Source: a bacterium (GTDB lineage: Bacteria; Margulisbacteria; WOR-1; O2-12-FULL-45-9). Taken from it: a DNA stretch of 48,886 nucleotides. Shown one piece after another: positions 7,439 to 14,893 of this stretch (position 1 is the first letter of the stretch; every line of letters starts with the position of its first letter). The notes beneath the pieces were generated by a model. It saw nothing but the letters and a program-made list of their open reading frames with translations. It ran no database searches and was not told the DNA's origin. A program made the position numbers and the translations under genes. The DNA is taken from assembly GCA_043816125.1 (NCBI GenBank), contig JBDRIF010000045.1:1-48886 (forward strand). The letters run 5' to 3'.

Positions 7439-8977
7439 TTAAACATAATATTTCCCTCTGCCTGTCTCCATAATGTGTGCTTTAATATCGTCGTATCTAT
7501 GAAGGACATTTTGCACTGCTTTAAGCGACCATCGGAAACCGAGTGATAAAGTTGACTGATGTATCTCTCTGGCAGTTAATGGTCCGCTAGCTCTGACCAG
7601 TGCCACATAAACTGCCGGAAATGCAAAAGCGGCACTTTGAATTTCAGGAACTGTTACGTATCTAAAAACGGAGGCGAACTTACTGCGGAGGTTATACCAG
7701 CCGTTTCCGACCAGGATGAATTCTTCTTTCTCGGCTTTTAGCAAGTTGGCTGTGGTCCCTTCTGTTAAGCCGACTGAGCGGGCTATAACTTCGTAATGTA
7801 ATGGACCTTCAAAATCAAGTAACTGTCTGACCCGGTCGAAATTGACCCAAATCATTTTAACAGTCCAAAAAGTATCTCCTTCGACTACAAAAGAGGGATG
7901 ATAATTAAAAAGCGAGCGGAGCGCTTCGATGGAAATGTTTAATTCGAGCCTCTCTGAGACGACTTTTTGGAAAGGTTTCAATTGCCAGTAGGCCCGTCGT
8001 TCCGGTTTCTCTCTGACTTCAAAATAGAGATCAATAATTCTTTGGTAGTCAGATGATTCGCGGCAAAAGGCGACAGCTTCTGCTCTGACATTCTCCTCCG
8101 CCTCCCCATCGAAAAGGCTAAGCAGTTTTACATCTCCCCCTCTAAGGAGCTCAAAATTAACGGCTTCGCCGGGTAAGGTTGGCAGGTCAATGTGACTCAT
8201 TGAGGCCCGAAATGGTCTGAGCCAATCCCAGATTAGGCCGAGCAGAGGAATAATCTGATTTTCGTTCTCCTCTGTAATAAGAGAAAAACTTTTTAAGTCT
8301 CTAATTAAATAATCTAAGGGATAAAGAATCTCTGTGGCCAAATGCCAACTAATGATGGTAGAAATAATTTCCCAGGTTGGGAGTAGGTAGTCGAACTTTA
8401 GCGGACTTCTGGATATTTCTGACTTGGTTCTGGCATCGACTCGTGCGGCTTTTGATGTCCCTATTTCCTGGCCAATAGCTGTAAAGGAGAGGGCTTTTCC
8501 GGAGTCATGAAAGCCGGTTCGTTTTTTGGCAACCTCAATACGTAGTTCTGTTTCACGTAGGCCCAATCGCTCAATAAGTTCGGTTATTCTGGACCAGTTC
8601 GAGATAGGAGATCGGCCGACATTGTTCGAATTATATCTGGCTGGCCAGAAAAGGGCTCTTTCGGTGCTTTGAGTTTGAATTATCCTTGGGCGAGTCCTCT
8701 CCATTATTCCCGGGGTTGGGATCAGTTCGTTAACATATATTGTGTCAACCTCTCTTCCTGTTTCAGTTAGGTAAGCTTCCATTTTTTCGATGAAAGCTTC
8801 TAACGTTATTGGTAAACGATAATTTAGCGAGGTCTTTAGTAACACATCTCTGCCATGAATATTAATTCGCCTTGGCAGCTTAGTTGGAGCGGATGCCGCG
8901 GATTGAGGATTAGCAACCCTTCTCGCCGCCCAGCATTGAGCCATGTTTCTAAGTGAGCTAACTTCTGTGGGTCTCAT
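7439..8977 (-). CDS. hypothetical multi-HTH protein, paralog 2
   Basis: 512 aa. Shares with 5786..7423 the motifs A(R/Q)CW.A.R at the N-terminus, LLP.W..(L/I)S.I(L/I)SW.LA, PLLG.....WD.L.P.R, FCR...DYQ..(V/I)DL, (F)..HP......(D)(R/T)F and EF(I)(V/L)(I/V)G..(V/W)Y.LR. Region-4-like LSFTAIGQEIGTSKAARVDARTKSEI. Confidence 0.6.
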   Translation of the reverse strand: MRPTEVSSLRNMAQCWAARRVANPQSAASAPTKLPRRINIHGRDVLLKTSLNYRLPITLEAFIEKMEAYLTETGREVDTIYVNELIPTPGIMERTRPRIIQTQSTERALFWPARYNSNNVGRSPISNWSRITELIERLGLRETELRIEVAKKRTGFHDSGKALSFTAIGQEIGTSKAARVDARTKSEISRSPLKFDYLLPTWEIISTIISWHLATEILYPLDYLIRDLKSFSLITEENENQIIPLLGLIWDWLRPFRASMSHIDLPTLPGEAVNFELLRGGDVKLLSLFDGEAEENVRAEAVAFCRESSDYQRIIDLYFEVREKPERRAYWQLKPFQKVVSERLELNISIEALRSLFNYHPSFVVEGDTFWTVKMIWVNFDRVRQLLDFEGPLHYEVIARSVGLTEGTTANLLKAEKEEFILVGNGWYNLRSKFASVFRYVTVPEIQSAAFAFPAVYVALVRASGPLTAREIHQSTLSLGFRWSLKAVQNVLHRYDDIKAHIMETGRGKYYV

Positions 8978-9019
8978 GGTTCTGTATCGTCTCTACTCGT
9001 GGAAAATTTCAAGCAATAC

Positions 9020-9028
9020 TGATATAAT
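9020..9028 (+). promoter_or_regulatory. extended -10 box TGATATAAT, 6 nt upstream of the GTG start of the methyltransferase operon
   Basis: tgatataat at 9020..9028, spacer tcaaaa, GTG at 9035. No SD. Confidence 0.5.
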
Positions 9029-9034
9029 TCAAAA

Positions 9035-9679
9035 GTGCACAACCAAGGACAAAGAGATTATTTTGAAGGGTTATTGGCCAAGCACGGAAATTCATATCTG
9101 GCTCTCGATTGGAACAGTCCCGAGAGTCAAAAACTCCGCTACATAATTTTGAGTCAGATCTTGCAGTTTTCCGCCAAATCAGTCGATCTTTCTTTGCTTG
9201 ATGTCGGTTGCGGCTTTGGGGACTTGTTCGATTTCTTACGTAGTCAAAAATTGTTAGCCAGTCATAATATTAGTTATCTTGGTTACGATATTTCCGACAA
9301 AATATTGGCCGTGGCCAAAAAGAACTATCCTGATGCCAAATTTGAACATAAAGATCTTCTGTTGGAAACGGATGTTCCCCATGTTGATTTTATCTTTGCT
9401 TCTGGAATATTTAACATTAGGGTCTTACCCAAAGATGAACATCATAATTTTGTTAAGGAAATGTTGCAGCGGATGTACGAGTTGGCAAATTATGGGGTGG
9501 CTGTTAATTTTTTAAGCGAAAACGGTGTTTCTATCTCAGATATCGATGATTTGAACAGCGGCCGTTATTTTTGTTTTAAGGTTGAGGACTTGGCCGAATT
9601 CAGCCGGGCTTTGACCAATCGTTTTATCATAAGACATGATTATCATCAGGGCGATTTTACGCTATACTTATTAAAATGA
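9035..9679 (+). CDS. class I SAM-dependent methyltransferase
   Basis: 214 aa; motif I LLDVGCGFGDLFDFL, post-I YLGYDIS, motif II/III FIFASGIF. GTG start. ATGA overlap with the next gene. Confidence 0.8.
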   Translation: MHNQGQRDYFEGLLAKHGNSYLALDWNSPESQKLRYIILSQILQFSAKSVDLSLLDVGCGFGDLFDFLRSQKLLASHNISYLGYDISDKILAVAKKNYPDAKFEHKDLLLETDVPHVDFIFASGIFNIRVLPKDEHHNFVKEMLQRMYELANYGVAVNFLSENGVSISDIDDLNSGRYFCFKVEDLAEFSRALTNRFIIRHDYHQGDFTLYLLK

Positions 9680-10668
9680 ATCCCGCAAGAAGATTAATAT
9701 TACCGGCTCTGATCCTAGTCTCCATTATCACTTTTGGGATAGTCGGTTTTATGCTTATTGAAGGGTGGGGCTTTTTCGACTCCGCCTATATGATGGTTAT
9801 CACTCTGTTTACTGTCGGCTTTCGTGAAGTTCATCCGTTGTCCAATGCCGGTAGATTGTTGACCATGTTTATTATTGTATCCGGTGTCGGTACGGCTATC
9901 TATTCTGTCGGGCAGATCGGAGAAATAATTGTTGAAGGCCAAATATTTGGTTACAGGAGGAAACAAAGAATGAAAGGAAAATTAAAAGAGTTGAAAGAGC
10001 ATTACATAATCTGTGGTTATGGGCGGGTGGGACATCAGGTGGCCGAAGAATTGCTTTTGGAAAATATGCCGATCGTGGTGGTTGATATTAAGCCGGAAAC
10101 TTCTGAAGAGTTAGAACCAAAAGGGATCCCTTATGTGGTTGCCGACTCGACTTCTAATGGCGTATTGAAGGAAGCAGGGGTTGAGCGGGCCAAAGGGTTG
10201 ATCGCCTGTGCCGATTCTGACATGGAGAATGTATTTGTCACTTTGTCTGCCAGAGCAGCCAATCCGGATATGCATATTGTCGCTAGGGCGAGCGGCAAAG
10301 ATGCGGAAGAAAAATTAAAATTGGCCGGGGCCAACAGAGTGATCTCTCCCTACTTTATTTCTGCCCGACGTATGGCCGGCTTGGCCACAAAACCGGTTGC
10401 CAGCGATTTTCTTGATACTGTTATGCATGGTGAACATTTAGCCTTCAGCTTAAGGGAAGTTCGCATACCGGATAATAGCAAAATTGTTGATAAATCTTTA
10501 GCTGATGCGGAGATCAAACATAAATCAGGGGCGTCTGTCCTGGCGATCCGTAAAATTGATGGTGGTTTCAACCTTCAACCTCTGGCCGCTTCCAAGATTG
10601 ATAAAGGGGACGTTTTAATCGTGATCGGGACGAGTGAACAACTGGATTTATTGGAGAAGATGCTTTAA
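9676..10668 (+). CDS. 2-TM ion channel with RCK (TrkA-N/TrkA-C) domains; non-canonical filter TVGFREV
   Basis: 330 aa. M1-pore helix-M2 layout, then IICGYGRVGHQVAEEL Rossmann (TrkA-N) and a TrkA-C-like C-terminus (KSLADAEIKHKSGASVLAIRK). Filter position reads TVGFREV (nt 9811..9831) instead of TVGYGD. Confidence 0.75.
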   Translation: MNPARRLILPALILVSIITFGIVGFMLIEGWGFFDSAYMMVITLFTVGFREVHPLSNAGRLLTMFIIVSGVGTAIYSVGQIGEIIVEGQIFGYRRKQRMKGKLKELKEHYIICGYGRVGHQVAEELLLENMPIVVVDIKPETSEELEPKGIPYVVADSTSNGVLKEAGVERAKGLIACADSDMENVFVTLSARAANPDMHIVARASGKDAEEKLKLAGANRVISPYFISARRMAGLATKPVASDFLDTVMHGEHLAFSLREVRIPDNSKIVDKSLADAEIKHKSGASVLAIRKIDGGFNLQPLAASKIDKGDVLIVIGTSEQLDLLEKML

Positions 10669-10670
10669 AA

Positions 10671-11177
10671 ATGCAGAAAGCAATTTTAGCGATTGCCGAT
10701 AAGATGATTCTGGCCGCTAAGACAGCGCCCAAAGCGAGAGGTTTGGATTTTATCGAGGCGATCGTCATTTTTGATAAGAATATTAATAAACTTTCCGAAG
10801 AGATGCGCAAGATCGGCCAGCGGGAAACACATCAGACCTTCCTGCGTGACGGGGCAAATATCTTGAAAGCTGAAGCGATCGTCCTCATTGGGACAAAGAA
10901 GAAAACAATTGGGCTCAAATATTGTGGGTTTTGCGGCTTCAAAGATTGTCAGGCGGCGGAGAAGGCCGGGGCAGTTTGTGCTCTTAATAGCGGCGACTTG
11001 GGTATCGCTATCGGATCGGCTGTTTCTATCGCCATGGATAATCGAGTTGATAACCGAGTGATGTATAGCGCAGGTAAAGCGGCGATCGAGGCCGGTTTAT
11101 TAGGCAAAGAGGTAGTAATTGCTTATGGTATTCCGTTGTCAGCTACGGCCAAAAATCCTTTCTTTGATAGGAGTTAA
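10671..11177 (+). CDS. DUF2148-like ferredoxin-domain protein
   Basis: 168 aa; APKARG, central YCGFCGFKDC cysteine cluster, GIAIGSA. Pattern I associate with the DUF2148 family, often found near cysteine-metabolism genes. Confidence 0.6.
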   Translation: MQKAILAIADKMILAAKTAPKARGLDFIEAIVIFDKNINKLSEEMRKIGQRETHQTFLRDGANILKAEAIVLIGTKKKTIGLKYCGFCGFKDCQAAEKAGAVCALNSGDLGIAIGSAVSIAMDNRVDNRVMYSAGKAAIEAGLLGKEVVIAYGIPLSATAKNPFFDRS

Positions 11178-11180
11178 ATA

Positions 11181-11786
11181 ATGTTTAATGGAATAAGGAC
11201 GATATTTGAAAAAGATCCGGCCGCGGCCAATATTTTTGAAGTTTTACTGTATCAGGGCTTGTGGGCGATGTGTTTTCATCGCCTGGCGCATCTTCTTTAT
11301 AATTTGCGGGTTCCTGTTATCCCTCGTTTGATTTCGCAGATCTCTCGCTTATTGACCTTGATCGAGATCCATCCGGGGGCCAAGATCGGCAATAAATTTT
11401 TTATTGACCACGGCAACGGGGTCGTTATTGGCGCAACCGCGGTTATCGGAGACAATGTTGTCATTTATCAAGGAGTAACTTTGGGCGGGACCGGCCACGA
11501 AAAAGGAAAACGCCATCCGACGATCGGGAATAATGTGGTGATCGGGGCCGAAGCGATTATTTTAGGTAATATTAATATTGGGGACAACGCACGAATTGGT
11601 GCCGGTGCGGTAGTAACCAGATCGGTGCCACCCGATACGACTGTAGTTGGTAATCCGTCATGGTATATCAGGCGCGAAGGGCGCAAGCTCGATCCGCTGG
11701 AGCACGGTGCGTTACCGGATCCTGTTCATAAGGCTCTAGATGAGCTCAACGGCCGCATTAAAGCTTTAGAAGAAAAAGTTAAGTAA
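11181..11786 (+). CDS. cysE: serine O-acetyltransferase
   Basis: 201 aa; IHPGAKIGNKFFIDHGNGVVIG followed by hexapeptide repeats (GDNVVIYQGVTLGG, IGNNVVIGAEAIILGNINIGDNARIGAGAVV). Confidence 0.88.
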   Translation: MFNGIRTIFEKDPAAANIFEVLLYQGLWAMCFHRLAHLLYNLRVPVIPRLISQISRLLTLIEIHPGAKIGNKFFIDHGNGVVIGATAVIGDNVVIYQGVTLGGTGHEKGKRHPTIGNNVVIGAEAIILGNINIGDNARIGAGAVVTRSVPPDTTVVGNPSWYIRREGRKLDPLEHGALPDPVHKALDELNGRIKALEEKVK

Positions 11787-11788
11787 AA

Positions 11789-13381
11789 TTACGGGTTACT
11801 TACTACTTCTGTTGTTCCCCAGTCGGTTGTTTTCTTATAAGCACAATTTTGTACCGCATTGTCTCCCATGCCGCTGACTAAGCCGATGCAGCAGCTAAAT
11901 GAATCAGCGGACAAGAGGACATTGTTAGTCAGATCGGCATAACCGTAAACATATTGCTCGCCAATTGTATCAACAACAGTCGGGGTTACATAAATGCCAT
12001 CGCCAACTTCCCACTGGTAAGTTGCACCTTCGATATAGGCCCCGCTTTCATCTGTCGCCTTCTGCCATTTCAATGAGAAGATCGGGCTGGATACAGTAGT
12101 GTTATCCAAGACATTGTGCATGGCATCGTCAAGTCCGGCAGTAAGAAAATCGTCGGTCGAGCTGTATTGGCCGGAATAATAACCTTTTACACGAGGGATA
12201 TCCGCAACTGCAAAGTTGATCATCTTGACAATCTTTTCAGTCGTATCGTCGGAAAAAACAACATTGAAAGTTAATGTGTCCCCAGCCTTAATTATTGTTC
12301 CGGGGGCGATGTTGGCGCCGCCCAGTACGACCTGCCATCTGTCATCATCGGGCATATCATATAATGTATATCCGACCGACTGCCAGGTGCTGCCGACATC
12401 GGTGTTGTTGCCAGAATGGATTTGAGCGGAGGATGCCCAATCGGGCCCGGCTTCAAGTGTGACGCTGGAAATTGTATTTCCAGTTTTGGGGTGCATGGCG
12501 ATAATTACCCAATAGCCGGTCGGATTATTAACAACATCAGAAACCCCTTGGCCGTAAGGGACCTTAACGTTGGTCCACATGGCGGAATAGTCAATTTTAG
12601 AATCTGAAGCTGATAATGTTTCCATGGTGGCTAACCCATCAAATTCATCCATTACACCATCCCCATCATTATCTGCGTCAAAGATATTTGGTAAGCCGTC
12701 ACCGTCGCCGTCAATGATAGTTTCGTCGTAAGTTCCGCTGATATCAGCGTCGCTTCCTTTGCCAAAATTTCCTGCCCCTTTGGGGACTAATTCCTCACCT
12801 GATATGGCAGTAACCACAGTGGAGTTGTCCAAATAGTCAGTTGGAGTGACCGAAGGTTTTGCTGTGGATTTTTCTTCATCCAGATATAGATCTCCGATAT
12901 CCAGGCTTTCTACTGCTTCACCGGAAGGTTTTATTGCCATTACTGCGCCACCTTCGGTTGTGCCAAAAGCAATCGGTCCCACCAGTTTATTATCGGTATC
13001 GATAATTTGCAGGTAATATGATTCCTGGGAGGGGAGATTACTGATCGTGAAATCTCCATTCGCATCAAGAGCAGTTGAAACGTAAACTGTGCCTGTGTTT
13101 TTCCCTACAGCGGTAACCTTATACCCTTCCAGCGGAATCGGTGGGACAGCAAACGTTGTTGCTTGAACGGACAAGGGACCTGTTTGTTCCCAGTCCCAGC
13201 CAGATAATGTCCCACTGATAGTGGAAATTCCGCCAGTAACGGCACTGGTGGTGGTTGTGGTGCTAGTTGTGGTCGTCGTGGTGGTGGCTGTTGAGGTCGA
13301 GGTGGAAGTGCCGCAGCCGATGAGAGCGATGCCAGTAACAAGAAAGAGGACCAAAGACAGAACCAATGATGCTTTTTTCAT
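11789..13381 (-). CDS. surface lipoprotein with Thr-rich linker, CarboxypepD_reg-like domain and TSP3-type Ca-binding repeats
   Basis: ORF 11789..13393 starts at TTG. Preferred start is ATG 13381 (MKKASLVLSLVLFLVTGIALIGCG lipobox) with GGAGGG SD. Poly-T/S tract STSTSTATTTTTTSTTTTTS. DANGDFTISNLP. DGDGDGLPNIFDADNDGDGVMDEFD. Confidence 0.65.
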   Translation of the reverse strand: MKKASLVLSLVLFLVTGIALIGCGTSTSTSTATTTTTTTSTTTTTSAVTGGISTISGTLSGWDWEQTGPLSVQATTFAVPPIPLEGYKVTAVGKNTGTVYVSTALDANGDFTISNLPSQESYYLQIIDTDNKLVGPIAFGTTEGGAVMAIKPSGEAVESLDIGDLYLDEEKSTAKPSVTPTDYLDNSTVVTAISGEELVPKGAGNFGKGSDADISGTYDETIIDGDGDGLPNIFDADNDGDGVMDEFDGLATMETLSASDSKIDYSAMWTNVKVPYGQGVSDVVNNPTGYWVIIAMHPKTGNTISSVTLEAGPDWASSAQIHSGNNTDVGSTWQSVGYTLYDMPDDDRWQVVLGGANIAPGTIIKAGDTLTFNVVFSDDTTEKIVKMINFAVADIPRVKGYYSGQYSSTDDFLTAGLDDAMHNVLDNTTVSSPIFSLKWQKATDESGAYIEGATYQWEVGDGIYVTPTVVDTIGEQYVYGYADLTNNVLLSADSFSCCIGLVSGMGDNAVQNCAYKKTTDWGTTEVVSNP

Positions 13382-13449
13382 TTTTCCCTCCAATAAAATC
13401 AGAATAGTATAATCCTAGCAATAAATACTGCACTGTCAACCACTTTTTG

Positions 13450-13458
13450 TGTTAAAAT
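13450..13458 (+). promoter_or_regulatory. extended -10 box TGTTAAAAT, 4 nt (first ATG) or 7 nt (second ATG) upstream of the cysS start
   Basis: tgttaaaat at 13450..13458, then ttaa ATG ATG. No SD. Confidence 0.45.
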
Positions 13459-13462
13459 TTAA

Positions 13463-14884
13463 ATGATGGTTTTAAAACTCTATAACACTTTAACCAAACA
13501 AAAAGAAGAATTTCAGCCGTTGGATGGCAAAAATGTCCGGATGTATGTCTGCGGGATTACCCCTTATGATGAAACCCACTTAGGTCATGGCCGTGCTTAT
13601 GTTACTTTTGATATCGTGAGGCGTTGGCTGGAATATTCCGGTTATAAGGTTACTTATGTGCAAAATGTGACGGATGTGGACGACAAAATAATTGCTAAGG
13701 CGAGGGACGAGGGACGAGAGACGAAGGACGTGACTGAACAATACACAAAATCTTATCTAGAGGTGATGGCCCAATTAAATGTTCGACCGGCTGACAAGTA
13801 TCCGAAGGCGACGGAACATATTAAAGAGATGGTGAGATGGATAGAGGGGTTGATGGAGAGCGGACACGCTTATGAAGTAGATGGTGATGTCTATTTCGAA
13901 GTCGCAAAATTTAACGATTACGGCAAACTTTCAAACCGTAAACTCGACGATATGATTTCCGGGGCCAGAGTCGCCGTTGATGAACGGAAGAAATCACCGT
14001 TAGATTTTGCTTTGTGGAAGAAGGCGAAAGAGGGGGAGCCGAGTTGGGATTCGCCGTGGGGGAAGGGGCGTCCGGGTTGGCACATCGAATGTTCGGTGAT
14101 GTCGACCAAATATCTGGGGGAGAGTTTTGATATCCATGGCGGCGGGTTAGATCTTGTTTTTCCTCATCATGAGAATGAAATTGCCCAAACAGAAGCCGCA
14201 ACTAGTAAACCCTGGGTTAAATATTGGCTGCACAACGGTTTTGTAAATGTTGATAAGCAGAAGATGTCAAAATCTCTGGGGAACTTCTTTACTTTAAAAG
14301 ATGTTTTCAAACAATATGATCCGATGGTTGTCCGGTTCTTCTTATTGTCTACTCATTACCGGAGCCCGATAAATTATAGTCAGGTCGAATTGAATCAGGC
14401 TAAGGAAGCCTATGGCAGGATTACTCGGTTTATTCGCGATCTCGATTTCTTGATCTCAAAATCAGGGCAAAATTGTCCGACTTCCGAGAAGAACGATCTT
14501 GACGACGACTTTCGCGGGTTTAAGAATTCATTTTCTGCGGCGATGGATGACGATTTTAATACAGCCAGCGCCATTGCTGTAATTTTCGATTTGGTTAAAT
14601 ATTGTAACAAAGCAATTGCTGATGGCCAGGACGAGCAGGGGTGTTTGGCTAAGATGAGGGCTTTGACAATAGAGTTGTGCGGCATACTCGGATTAACAAC
14701 CGAACTCCGAACTCAAAACTCTGAACTCGACACTAAAGAGATCGAGCAATTAATTACAAAACGTGAAGTCGCCAGAAAAGAAAAAGATTTCGCTCAAGCG
14801 GACAATATTAAACTTCAACTGGCGGAGATCGGAATTGTTTTGGAAGACACCCCTCAGGGAACCCGGTGGGCGCAAGAAACTTAG
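13463..14884 (+). CDS. cysS: cysteine--tRNA ligase
   Basis: 473 aa; class I HIGH (HLGHGRAY) and KMSKS (KMSKSLGN) motifs. GWHIECS zinc-site motif. Confidence 0.93.
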   Translation: MMVLKLYNTLTKQKEEFQPLDGKNVRMYVCGITPYDETHLGHGRAYVTFDIVRRWLEYSGYKVTYVQNVTDVDDKIIAKARDEGRETKDVTEQYTKSYLEVMAQLNVRPADKYPKATEHIKEMVRWIEGLMESGHAYEVDGDVYFEVAKFNDYGKLSNRKLDDMISGARVAVDERKKSPLDFALWKKAKEGEPSWDSPWGKGRPGWHIECSVMSTKYLGESFDIHGGGLDLVFPHHENEIAQTEAATSKPWVKYWLHNGFVNVDKQKMSKSLGNFFTLKDVFKQYDPMVVRFFLLSTHYRSPINYSQVELNQAKEAYGRITRFIRDLDFLISKSGQNCPTSEKNDLDDDFRGFKNSFSAAMDDDFNTASAIAVIFDLVKYCNKAIADGQDEQGCLAKMRALTIELCGILGLTTELRTQNSELDTKEIEQLITKREVARKEKDFAQADNIKLQLAEIGIVLEDTPQGTRWAQET

Positions 14885-14893
14885 GCCGGGAAA

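Noticed and set aside
8983-9000. gtatcg...ctactcg upstream of paralog 2, resembling core motifs of the hairpin repeat element
   Set aside because: The motif orientation does not match the element and there are no complementary terminal arms. Probably chance.
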